A stretch of 64,000 nucleotides of DNA, taken from NCBI RefSeq assembly GCF_004010195.1, contig NC_057758.1, forward strand, positions 917,998 to 981,997, read 5' to 3'. Under the pieces are notes generated by a model. It saw only the letters and a list, made by a program, of their open reading frames with translations. It did not search any database and was not told the origin of the DNA. Positions 50,540-63,087 of the stretch are shown in pieces. Source of the stretch: Chiloscyllium plagiosum. Taxonomy: Eukaryota. The first letter of the stretch is position 1, and the number at the start of each line of letters is the position of its first letter. The translations under genes and the position numbers were made by a program.

Positions 50540-51000
50540 GACTCCTCTTTTGAATACTTTATTAATTTAGAAATTGATATAAAGGGCTTTATTACTACGC
50601 ATCCTTCAACTGCTCTCTGAGATAATCTTGGTCACAACATATACAACATTATTTGTGCATCAACTTAGGGTTCAAGCATAAAACCTAATTCGAGTAGATA
50701 ATTATCTAAATCTGCAGATTCATACTCAATGACAGACATTCCTTTCAACACAGAATACATCATAACCACGAATCATAACACAACAAAACTCCCCCTGATC
50801 ACTGAAAGTAAGATGAATGATTTCCTTCGACTCTCCTTCACTAAGTGCCTAGAGCTGTCTCCACTGCTGGAAGCCCAGAGTCTCTTGCGAGTTTTTATTT
50901 GTCATGGCGATATATCTGCTGGTTTAGGCATTAAACAGAATCAGATTGGATGTGAATCCAGGATTTTCAATGTAGTGAAAGAATACAATTGATGCCTATC
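50540..51000 (-). pseudogene. GPR139-like GPCR pseudogene C (TM5-TM7 fragment)
   Basis: Minus strand aligns by eye with 12395-12860 (GCATCAATTG, GAGAGTCGAAGGAAATCATTCATCTTACT = ESRRKSFILL, GAATTAGGTTTTATGCTTGAA = ELGFMLE), including 3' flank. Confidence 0.8.
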
Positions 51001-51489
51001 CTGTGGATTGTAATATTTATAGCAATGGAGAAGAAAACAAAAAATCAACTAAATGGATTAATACAATAATCTCAACGAGCAAACATTGTAATTCTAATAA
51101 AGAATACTGCAAAACCGCACACTTGCATCACATCACTAAAATAAAATCCGTGTAGTTGATAACACGTTGGAGGTTCCAAAAGTAGCAATTTCTTTTCTAG
51201 TATGTAATTTCGCCATTGCCTTATCTATTCCTGCAAGCACAGAGTAGAAACAACAATTTTTCCTGTAAAATGTTTGACACTTCTTAGCTGCATGAGGTAT
51301 CTGATTGCATACATGTGATCAATTAACATGACAAATTCAACAGAGCCGATATTCAAACAATGTAGTCCACTCTAATAAAGCAATTAGCTTCATTCCCGAA
51401 TAAATAATGTCATCAATATTTCTTAAAAGAGTGACGGAAGCCTGGCTCTCTTTCAAATATTAATATTTGAATGTTCAATTGGCGCGATT

Positions 51490-53385
51490 GAGAGTTATAA
51501 GATAGCCAGAAAGGACCTGAAGAGAGAGCTAAGAGCAGCAAGGAGGGGACATGAAAAGTCCTTAGTTGGTCGGATTCGGGAAAACCCTAAGGCTTTCTAT
51601 AGGTATGTCAGGTATAAAAGAATGACTAGAGCAGGAATAGGTCCAGTCAAGGATAGTAGTGGGAAGTTGCGTGTGGAGGCTGAAGAGATTGGGGAGACAC
51701 TGAATGAATACTTTTCGTCAGTATTCACTCAGGAACAGGACATTGTTGCCGATGTGAATACTGAGTCACAATTAAGTAGAATGGATGGCTTTGAGGTATG
51801 TAGGGAAGAGGTGTTGGAAATTCTGGAAAGGTTGAAAATAGAAAAGTCCCCTGGGCCTGATGGCATTTATCCTAGGATACTCTGGGAAGCAAGGGAGGAG
51901 ATTGCAGAGCCATTGGCCTTGGTTTTTATGTCCTCGCTGTCTGTAGGAATAGTGCCCGAAGACTGGAGGGTAGCAAATGTGGTTCCCTTGTTCAAGAAGG
52001 GGAGTAGGGATAACCCGAGTAACTATAGGCCGGTGAGTCTCACTTCTGTTGTGGGCAAAGTCTTAGAGAGAATTGTAAGGGATAGGATATATGAACATAT
52101 GGATTGAAATAATGTGATCAAGGATAGTCAGCATAGTTTTGTGAAGGGCAGGTCGTGCCTCAAAAACCTTATTGAATTCTTTGAGAAGGTGACTAAGGAG
52201 GTAGACGAGGGTAAAGCGGTAGATGTGGTGTATATGGATTTTAGTAAGGCGTTTGATAAGGTTCCCCATGGTAGACCACTGCAAAAAATACGGAGGTATG
52301 GCATGGAGGGTGAGTTGGAGGTTTGGATTAGAAATTGGCTGGATGGAAGAAGACAGAGGGTAGTAGTTGATGGCAAAGGTTCATCTTGGAGTGCAGTCAC
52401 TAGTGGTGTTCCGCAAGGATCTGTTTTGGGACCATTGCTGTTTGTCATTTTTATAAATGACCTGGAAGAGGGGTTAGAAGGTTGGGTGAGCAAGTTTGCG
52501 GATGACACAAAAGTCGGAGGAGTTGTTGACAGTGAGGAAGCATGTGGCAGGTTACAGCAGGATATAGAGAAGCTGCAGAGCTGGGCAGAAAGGTGGCAAA
52601 TGGAATCCAATGTAGCTAAGTGTGAGGGGATTCACTTTGGGAAGAATAACAAAAAGATGGGGTACTGGGCTAATGGTCGGATACTTGGTAGTGTGGATGA
52701 GCAGAGGGATCTTGGTGTCCATGTACACAGATCTCTGAAAGTTGCCACCCAGGTAAATAGTGCGGTGAGGAAGGCATATGGCGTACTGGCTTTTATTGGT
52801 AGAGGAATTGAGTTCCGGAGTCCTGAGGTCATGATGCAGTTGTATAAGACTCTGGTACGGCCACATCTGGAATATTGTGTGCAGTTTTGGTCGCCATACT
52901 ATAGGAAGGATGTGGAGGCACTGGAACGGGTGCAGAGGAGGTTTACCAGGATGTTGCCTGGTATGGTAGGAAGATCGTATGAGGAAATGCTGAGGAACTT
53001 GGGGCTGTTTTCAATGGAGAAAAGAAGGTTTAGGGATGATTTGATCGAGGTGTACAAGATGATTAGGGGTTTAGATAGAGTTGACCATGAGAACCTTTTT
53101 CCACGTATGGAGTCAGCTATTACGAGGGGGCACAGCTTTAAATTACGGGATGGTAGGTATCGGACAGATGTTAGGGGTAGATTCTTTACTCTGTGAGTCG
53201 TGAGTTCATGGAATGCCCTGTCAGTAGCAGTGGTGGACTCTCCCTCTTTATGGGAATTTAAACGGGTATTGGATAGGCATATGGAGGATAGTGGGCTAGT
53301 GTAGGTTAGGTGGGCTTGGAACGGTGCAACATCGAGGGCCCAAAGGCCTGTACTGCGCTGTATATTTCTATGTTCTATGTTCTAT
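51490..53385 (+). mobile_element. Young 5'-truncated CR1 (HER1-like) LINE with near-intact RT
   Basis: In-frame ORFs 51622-52107 and 52114-53196 split by one TGA. KSPGPDGIYPRIL, NYRPVSLTS, YMDFSKAFDKVPH, GVPQGSVLGPLLF, SKFADDTK; (GTTCTAT)n tail. Confidence 0.95.
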
Positions 53386-53479
53386 ATATTTCAAACTACT
53401 TTAAGAAAATTTGTATCACAGGAAGCTGATTTTGAATTTTTATTGTGATGGTGTGCAAAAACAGATATAAAACTCTTGA

Positions 53480-54725
53480 TAATTATATCGATTAGAATAA
53501 TGTGGTTAAGGATATCAACACAGTTTTGTGAAGAGTAGGTCGTGCCTCACAAATCTTATTGGGTTCTTTGAGCAAGTGACCAAACAGGTGGATGAGGGTA
53601 AAGCCGATGACGTGGTGTATATAGATTGCAGTAAGGCGATTGATCAGTTTCCCCATGGTAGGCTAATGCACAAAATTAGGAGGCATTGGATTGAGAGCGA
53701 TTTAGCGGTTTGGATCAGTAATTGGTTGGCTGAAAGAAGACAGATGCTGCTGGTTGATGGTAAATGTTCATCCTGGAGTTCACTTATTAGTGATGTCCCA
53801 CTTTGTTCACTGGGTTTGTCATTTTTAGAAACGACCTGGATGAGGGAGAAGGATGAGTTAAAGAATTTGTGGAAGACACTAAGATCGGTACAGTTGTGGA
53901 TATTGCTGAATGACGATCGCAGATCTGAGTTGAGAGGTGGCAAATGGTGTTTAATGGAGAAAGGTGTGACGTGATTGACTTTGGATGAAGTAACAGGAAT
54001 GCAGAATAGTGGGGTAATGGCAAGATTCTTGGTCGCGCAGATGAACAGAGAGATCTCGGTGCCCATGCACATAGATCCCTCAAAGTTGCCATCCAGGTTG
54101 ATAGGGTTGTTCAGAAGGCACATGACGTGACAGCTTTTATTCGTAGAAGGATCGACATTCGGATCCACGAAGTCCTGCTGCAGCTATACAAAACCGTGGT
54201 GCAACTGCACGTGGAGTATTGCGTGCAGTTCTGGTCACTACACTATAGGAAAGTTGTGGAAGCTTTGGAAAGGGTTCAGAGCAGATTTACTTGGTATCGA
54301 GGGAAGGTCTGATGCAGAAATGTTGAGGAACTTGAGACTCTTTTCGTTTAAGAGAAGAAGGTTGAGGAATGACTTAATTGTGACATATATGATAATCAGA
54401 GGGTTAGATCCGGTGGTCAGTGAGAGCCTTTTTCCGAGGATGTTGGTGGATACCACGATGGAGAATGATTTCTTTGTGAGGGGTGACACATATAAGAGGT
54501 AGTTTCTTTACTCAGAGAGTAGTGGGTGGGGTTGGAGAACCATTTCCCACAACCGGTTTTGACTCGCCATTCTTACGGACATTTAAGTGGCCATTGGATA
54601 GGTTTATGGACGAGAGAGAAATAGAGTAGGTTAAATGGGCTTCAGTTTGATTTCACAGGGTGGCACAACATCAAGGGCCGAAGGGTATCTCCTGCGTTGT
54701 AATGCAGTATGTTCTATGTTCTGTG
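53480..54725 (+). mobile_element. Older CR1 LINE, RT to 3' end
   Basis: RSCLTNLIGFFEQVTKQVDEGK, EYCVQFWS, GTTCTATG tail. Confidence 0.9.
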
Positions 54726-54789
54726 TCTAACATTTTAGGCATTGAAAGAAAACATTCTAATCAGCCTCTAACTCGACAGTTAACTCCCG

Positions 54790-57700
54790 AAGATGATTCC
54801 CGATAGGAGAGAGAGTGACAGGGTAGTTGCTATGGGTTCCTCAGACTTACAAACATTGACTAGGAATATATAGTTCAAGGAATTTGGAAAGGTCCGTTTT
54901 TGTCTACTATGTGCAGGACGGTTTCCTGACACAGTATGGGGACAGGCCAACAAGGGGCGAGGCCACATTGGATTGGTACTGAGTCATGAACCTGGCCAAT
55001 GATTAGACTTGGAGGTCGGTGAGCACGTGGGTGATAGTCACTCCAATTCTGTTATGTTTACTTTGGTGATGGAAAGAGACAGGTACATTCTGCACGGCAA
55101 GTCTCACAGCGGAAGGACAGGAAGGGAGAAAGTTATCGGTCGAAGGAACTGTGTTTTCTTTTTAAAGAAGTGGAATAACGTTTCAAGAGGAAGAACAATG
55201 TTTATGTTAGGATGAGACGTGACAGGCTAGCTATGAAAGACCTAAAGAGAGAGCTAATAAGAGCCAGGAGAGGCATGGCAATTGATGGGTGGGTAGGATC
55301 AAGGAAAACCCAGGTATATCAGTAATGATAGAATGACGAGCGTAAGATTAGGGCCAATCAAGAATACTGGTGGGAATTTGTGCGTAGAGTCGGAGGATAA
55401 AGGGGAAGCGCTAAATGAATATATTTCGTCAGAATTCACACTGGAAATAGTCAATGTTGTCGAGTACAATACTGAGGTACAGGCTACTAGACTTGATGGG
55501 ATTGATGTTCACAAGGACGAGTTAGAGCAAATATGGAAAATGTGAAAATAGTTAAGTCCCCTCGGCCAGATGGTATTTATGCCAGGATTCTCTGGGAAGC
55601 CACAAAGGATATTGCAGAGTCTTTGCCTTTGATCTTTATATCGCCATTGTCTACAAGAATAGTGCCAGAAGACCGGAGGATACCAAATGATATTCCTGTA
55701 TTCAAGAAGTTGAGTAGATATAACTGTTGACCAGTGAGTCTAACCCGTGTTGTGGGCAAAGTGGTGCATAACATTATACGATAAAAGGTTAAAAACCATG
55801 TGGGAAGTAGTAAGTTGATTAGGTATAGACAACACGGTAAACTTGCACAAAATAAGAAGGCATGGTATTGAGGGATATTTCGCGATTGGGATAAGCAATT
55901 GACTGGCTGAAAGATGATAGAGATCGGTAGTTGATGGGAATTGTTCATCCTGGAGTTCAGTTACTAAGGGGTTACTGCAAGGATCTTTTTTGGTGTCATA
56001 ACTGTTTGTCATTTTCAGAAATGAACTGGATGATTTGCTGGAAGGGTGGGTTAGCAAACTTGCGAATGACACTAAAGTCGGCAGAGTTGCAAATAGTGCT
56101 GAAGGATGTTGTAGGTGACAGAGGGAGATATATAAGGTGAAGAGCTTGGCTGAGACTTAGAAAATGGTGTTTGTTGCGGAAAGGTGTGAGGTGAATGACT
56201 CTGGAAGGCGTAACAGGAATATAAACTTTTGCGTTAAAGGTAAGTTTCTTGGTAGGTAGATGAACAGAGAGATCTCGGCGTCAATGTTCATCGATCCCGA
56301 AAAGTTGCCACACAGGCTTGTAAAATTGTTTCGAAGAAACACGGCGTGATAGCTTTTATTGGGAAAGCAATTGAGTTTCGGATCAACGAGGTCATGCTGC
56401 AGCTCTAAAAACTTCTGGTGTGACCGCACTTGAAGAATCGTGCATGTTTCTTGTCACTGCATTATAAGAAGAATATGNNNNNNNNNNNNNNNNNNNNNNN
56501 NNNNNNNNNNNNNNNNNNNNNNNNNNNNNNNNNNNNNNNNNNNNNNNNNNNNNNNNNNNNNNNNNNNNNNNNNNNNNNNNNNNNNNNNNNNNNNNNNNNN
56601 NNNNNNNNNNNNNNNNNNNNNNNNNNNNNNNNNNNNNNNNNNNNATGACGAGCGTAAGATTAGGGCCAATCAAGAATACTGGTGGGAATTTGTGCGTAGA
56701 GTCGGAGGATAAAGGGGAAGCGTTAAATGAATATATTTCGTCAGAATTCACACTGGAAATAGTCAATGTTGTCGAGTACAATACTGAGGTACAGGCTACT
56801 AGACTTGATGGGATTGATGTTCACAAGGACGAGTTAGAGCAAATATGGAAAATGTGAAAATAGTTAAGTCCCCTCGGCCAGATGGTATTTATGCCAGGAT
56901 TCTCTGGGAAGCCACAAAGGATATTGCAGAGTCTTTGCCTTTGATCTTTATATCGCCCTTGTCTACAAGAATAGTGCCAGAAGACCGGAGGATACCAAAT
57001 GATATTCCCGTATTCAAGAAGTTGAGTAGATATAACTGTTGACCATTGAGTCTAACCCGTGTTGTGGGCAAAGTGGTGCATAACATTATACGATAAAAGG
57101 TTAAAAATCATGTGGGAAGTAGTAAGTTGATTAGGTATAGACAACACGGTAAACTTGCACAAAATAAGAAGGCATGGTATTGAGGGATATTTCGCGATTG
57201 GGATAAGCAATTGACTGGCTGTAAGATGATAGAGATCGGTAGTTGATGGGAATTGTTCATCCTGGAGTTCAGTTACTAAGGGGTTACTGCAAGGATCTTT
57301 TTTGGTGTCATAGCTGTTTGTCATTTTCAGAAATGAACTGGATGATTTACTGGAAGGGTGGGTTAGCAAACTTGCGAATGACACTAAAGTCGGCAGAGTT
57401 GCAAATAGTGCTGAAGGATGTTGAAGGTGACAGAGGGAGATATATAAGGTGAAGAGCTTGGCTGAGACTTAGAAAATGGTGTTTGTTGCGGAAAAGTGTG
57501 AGGTGAATGATTCTGGAAGGCGTAACAGGAATATAAACTTTTGCGTTAATGGTAAGTTTCTTGGTAGGTAGATGAACAGAGAGATCTCGGCGTCAATGTT
57601 CATCGATCCCGAAAAGTTGCCACACAGGCTTGTAAAATTGTTTCGAAGAAACACGGCGTGATAGCTTTTATTGGGAAAGCAATTGAGTTTCGGATCAACG

Positions 57701-58256
57701 AGGTCATGCTGCAGCTCTAAAAACTTCTGGTGTGACCGCACTTGAAGAATCGTGCATGTTTCTTGTCACTGCATTATAAGAAGAATATGGAAGGTTTGGA
57801 AAGAGGGCAGAGAGGACTTACGAGGATGTTGCCTGGTATGCAGGCAACGTCTCACGAGGGAAGGCTGAGGGTCGAGAGGCAGTCTTCATCAGAGAGAAGA
57901 AGGTTGAATGGTGCCTTACTTGAACGCACCAGAAGAGCCTTTGGGTCGGGTGGATAGTGAGAGCCTTTTTCTCGCATAGTGATTTCAGCACGTGGATGCA
58001 GAGCTTCAAATTGAAGGGTGAAAGATATCGGACTGATGTCAGAGTTGGGTTCTTTACTAAGAGTGGAATAGGGGCGTGTAACGCACCAGAGGAGTCATTA
58101 ACTTTGATGGCATTTAAATTGACATTCGATAGACATATGGCGAGTACTGGCTACTGTAGTTTAGATGGACTTCAGAGTCGTTTCACAGGACGTCGCCACA
58201 TCAAGGGCCGAAGTGCCTTTACTGCGCTGTTCAATGTTCAATGTTCTATGTTCTAT
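54790..58256 (+). mobile_element. Older CR1 LINE ORF2 (contains a gap-flanking 1.15 kb direct repeat)
   Basis: KSPRPDGIYARILWEA, SKLANDTKV, 3' tail TGTTCTATGTTCTATG. Confidence 0.85.
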
Positions 58257-58789
58257 GCCTGGGTAGTCGTATTTAATAAAAAAAAACAAATTAGATGCAT
58301 ATGAACAAAGATCAGTGAACTAGAAGGTCGTAATCGGATTGGCAGTCTGTGTTCAGAGAATACAATTGAAAAAAAAACATGATTATCATGGTGCAGATAA
58401 AATTCAAGTGAGTTACTTCATCGACATGGAGCTTGATGCAGCAGAACTGAAATTTAACTTATTCTGCGTTCGTTCATGCGATTGCATTTGTCACTGGCTG
58501 GGCTGGCATTTCATGCGGTCACTATAGTATGTAAACTTAAGGAAATTGAAACTAGGCCATGGATCCACTCTCGCTTATTGAAATGGATGAAGCGGAATGC
58601 AATTATTTTATAGTCGGGCATGATAGCTGAATATTAAAGGAGTGATCAAAATACATTTGTTACCTGACTTTGTAATTTCATGCAAAATTCTTGACACCAA
58701 TGCGAAGAGATGAAACTCGCTTGAATAGGACTCATGCTAAGAAGGATTGATGCAAGTAACACGTTGAGGTGTGGTACATTAGGTAAATG

Positions 58790-59690
58790 TCTGAAAAAAC
58801 TCTGGATACTGGAAATCTGAAACAAAAACAGGAATTGTCCTAAGATCTTAGCCAGTGCGGTAGTGTCAACGAAGAAGAATCACAGTTAATGTTTCTGGAC
58901 CAATGGCTCTTCTTCAGAATTGATGGTAGCTCGATAAATGATGTTTTTTTTTAAAGTCGAGAACACGGGGGAAGGATGGGGTAAGAGTAAACGACAGATC
59001 GAGATAGAGAAAGAGAAAGAAAACTGTTGGAAAGAAAAATCAGACAATGATGCTCAGTCAGAGTTAATGAAATGCTGCTAATGGAGACGACTCGTGGCTG
59101 ACAGGTACACTTGTGTGAGAACAACCCATGTGATAAAACAGCCTGGTGTGTGGGGTTAGCAGAAAATGGCTAATGGTGCTCAAACACTAAATTTGTTGAA
59201 CTTGACAAAACTTCCATCAGGCTTCTGCGTTTCTAAGTTGTAAATGAAATGTCGTTCATTCATGGTGACATGGTGGCTTGTCGAAATGTCAAACAACATG
59301 AAGCTCAGGGTCAATTCTGCGGAAATAATGTAAGTGTTTCTTCAAAGCTGTCACACAGTCTGCATCCAGGAGTGGAGAAGATATTGTGACCAGCGAATAC
59401 AACTACTGAGTGAAGTGCAGTGAAAGCGCTATTTCACCTGTACAGAGTAGGTGGGGCGTTGGATAATAAGGAGGAAGGATGTGAACAGGTAGTTGTTACA
59501 CCTTCTGCAGTTGCGGAGGAAGATGCTGCGAGGGACTGGGGACGTGCTGGGAGTGACCAAAGAGTGAACCAGCATCAGTCAGAGGGAGCACTCCTTGTAG
59601 AAGCCTGACAAGGTAGTCGCATCCCTCTGAAGATGTTGGAAGTGGGGGCTTATGATCCTGAGGATATGAATGATTGTGGGAAGGCAGGCG
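58790..59690 (-). mobile_element. Penelope-like element 3' part
   Basis: Minus strand QVK*RFHCTS..CIR and ERHFIYNLETQKPDG..VKFN (GIY-YIG C-terminus); degenerate CUGAAGA...GAAAC at 58885-58917. Confidence 0.6.
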
Positions 59691-61429
59691 ATGACAAGCT
59701 GAATGTGCGTCTGTATGTGTGCAAATGTGTATGTTTCTATCTGTTTCTGCATGTCAGATTTAGCATGTTTGTGCATGTGTCTGTATGAGTGCACGTCTGT
59801 GTGTGTCAAAACGTCTATATGGGTATGTTGCCATGCATTGTGTACGTTATAGATGTGTATAAATTCATGAGTGACTGGGTTCGGATGAACACCCAGGGTC
59901 TTTTCTTCCAAGGGTGTGGGGATCCGAAATTAGAAAGCATAGGCAGAAGTTGAAAATTAAAAAGGAGCTGAGTGGTAGCTCTTTAACACATACAGCAGTA
60001 ACTGTATGTAAGGAGCTGCCAGATAAAATGTCAGAGGCGGGTACATTTTCAACACTTAAAATGCATCTCGAGTGATATATGAAAAGGAAATGCTTAGACA
60101 GATATGAGTCAAATGCTGGAAACCGGGAATGGGTCAGATCGAGATGCCTGTTGGGGCGAACGTGTTGTTTGTTATGTTGATGGTACTCCTGAAACAAGGT
60201 GATTCTGTACTTGGCTTTTTTTTTCAAAAGGTCTCGTAAATATAGACGCGCCGCAATGTCTGAACTGGCTAACTTAATAATGGATAACAGATGCTATCTA
60301 ACTCAACTATTCAGAATATACGTTAAGGTTTTTATTTAAAACAGTTGCAAAATAGACAATAGACAGTAGGTGCAGGACTAGGCATTCTGCCCTTCGATCC
60401 TGCATCATCATTCATTATGATCATGGCTGATCATCCTTAATCAGTATCCTGTTCCTGCCTTATCTCCATAACCCTTGATTCCACTATCCTTGAGAGCTCT
60501 ATCCAACNNNNNNNNNNNNNNNNNNNNNNNNNNNNNNNNNNNNNNNNNNNNNNNNNNNNNNNNNNNNNNNNNNNNNNNNNNNNNNNNNNNNNNNNNNNNN
60601 NNNNNNNNNNNNNNNNNNNNNNNNNNNNNNNNNNNNNNNNNNNNNNNNNNNNNNNNNNNNNNNNNNNNNNNNNNNNNNNNNNNNNNNNNNNNNNNNNNNN
60701 NNNNNNNNNNNNNNNNNNNNNNNNNNNNNNNNNNNNNNNNNNNNNNNNNNNNNNNNNNNNNNNNNNNNNNNNNNNNNNNNNNNNNNNNNNNNNNNNNNNN
60801 NNNNNNNNNNNNNNNNNNNNNNNNNNNNNNNNNNNNNNNNNNNNNNNNNNNNNNNNNNNNNNNNNNNNNNNNNNNNNNNNNNNNNNNNNNNNNNNNNNNN
60901 NNNNNNNNNNNNNNNNNNNNNNNNNNNNNNNNNNNNNNNNNNNNNNNNNNNNNNNNNNNNNNNNNNNNNNNNNNNNNNNNNNNNNNNNNNNNNNNNNNNN
61001 NNNNNNNCGGTCATGAAAAAGCCCCCTAATTAATGACCAAACTTGATCATTAACCTTCAGTTCATTGCAGCCTTGATTCATTCGTTAAATAAGCTGTGTC
61101 ATTGCAAATGACACAGCGTATGTCAATCTATGTCAATCATAGAGGATGTATACATTTCTGATTCATTTGCCAAATTTCCAGCAGCTGCAATTCTTGACTT
61201 CTGTCACAGATTTCAATCGACGGGTTGTGACGATCATGAAAAAGCCGCCTAATATATGTTCCGATTTCCTCCAACATCACATTAACACACGGCTTAGCAA
61301 AAAAAAAAAAGTACATACCAACAGAGGTTCTCACAGGAAAGAGATGTTAGAGATGGGCTGGATAAGCAAAAACAAAATCAAAGCTAGAAGATACACTGAA
61401 CTGGCTGTACTGGCTACTCCCCTTTCATT

Positions 61430-61890
61430 TCCTGGAATGGCGGGACAACCTTACGCTGAAAGACTGGAACGACTGGGCATGTATACCCTTCAGTCTAGAA
61501 GACTGAGAGGGGATCTGATTGAGACATATAAGATTATTAAGGGGTTGGACACTCTGGACACGTTTCCCCTGATTGGTGAGTGCTGAACCAGAGGACACAG
61601 CTTAAAAATGCAGGTACACCATTTAGGGCAGAGATGAGGAGAAACTTCTTCACCCAGAGAGTGGTGGTTGTGTGGAATGCTCTGCCCCAGAAGGCAGTGG
61701 ATGCCCAATCTCTGGATTCATTTCAGAAAGTGTTGGATAGAGCTCTCAAGGATAGTGGAATCAAGGGTTATGGAGATAAGGCAGGAACAGGATACTGATT
61801 AAGGATGATCAGCCATGATCATAATGAATGATGATGCAGGATCGAAGGGCAGAATGCCTAGTCCTGCACCTACTGTCTATTGTCTATTTT
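61430..61890 (+). mobile_element. CR1 3' end (different tail subfamily); inverted partial copy at 60355-60507
   Basis: PGMAGQPYAERLERLG..RRLRGDLIETYKII, RRNFFTQRVVVVWNALP. Confidence 0.85.
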
Positions 61891-63087
61891 GCAACTGTTT
61901 TAAATAAAAACCTTAACGTATATTCTGAATAGTTGAGTTAGATAGCATCTGTTATCCATTATTAAGTTAGCCAGTTCAGACATTGCGGCGCGTCTACATT
62001 GACGATACTTGGCTTTTGAAAAAAAAGCCAAGTACAGAATCACCTTGTTTCAGGAGTACCATCAACATAACAAACAACACGTTCGCCCCAACAGGCATCT
62101 CGGTCTGACCCATTCCCCGTTTCCAGCATTTGACTCATATCTGTCTAAGCATTTCCTATACATATATCAATCGAGATGCATTTTAAGTGTTGAAAATGTA
62201 CCCGCCTCTGACATTTCATCTGGCAGCTCCTTACATACAGTTACTGCTGTCTGTGTTAAAGAGCTACCACTCAGCTCCTTTTNNNNNNNNNNNNNNNNNN
62301 NNNNNNNNNNNNNNNNNNNNNNNNNNNNNNNNNNNNNNNNNNNNNNNNNNNNNNNNNNNNNNNNNNNNNNNNNNNNNNNNNNNNNNNNNNNNNNNNNNNN
62401 NNNNNNNNNNNNNNNNNNNNNNNNNNNNNNNNNNNNNNNNNNNNNNNNNNNNNNNNNNNNNNNNNNNNNNNNNNNNNNNNNNNNNNNNNNNNNNNNNNNN
62501 NNNNNNNNNNNNNNNNNNNNNNNNNNNNNNNNNNNNNNNNNNNNNNNNNNNNNNNNNNNNNNNNNNNNNNNNNNNNNNNNNNNNNNNNNNNNNNNNNNNN
62601 NNNNNNNNNNNNNNNNNNNCCACACACCAGGCTGTTTTATCACATGGGTTGTTCTCACACAAGTGTACCTGTCAGCCACGAGTAGTCTCCATCAGCAGCA
62701 TTTCATTAACTCTAACTGAGCATCATTGTCTGATTTTTCTTTCCAACAGTTTTCTTTCTCTTTCTCTATCTCGATCTATCGTTTACCCCATCCTTCCCCC
62801 GTGTTCTCGAGTTTTAAAAAAAAACATCCTTTATCGAGCTACCATCAATTCTGAAGAAGAGCTATTGGTCGAGAAACATGAACTGTATTCTTCTTCGTTG
62901 ACACTACCGCACTGGCTGAGATCTTAGGACAATTCCTGTTTTTGTTTCAGATTTCCAGTATCCAGAGTTTTTTCAGACATTTACCTAATGTACCACTCCT
63001 CAACGTGTTACTTGCATCAATCCTTCTTAGCATGAGTCCTGATCAAGCGAGTTTCATCTCTTCACATTGGTGTTCAGAATTTTGCAT

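Noticed and set aside
55333..57789. 1.15 kb direct repeat (55333-56477 and 56645-57789)
   Set aside because: The copies directly flank an N gap and differ by about 1%. Most likely an unmerged contig or haplotype overlap rather than a real duplication.
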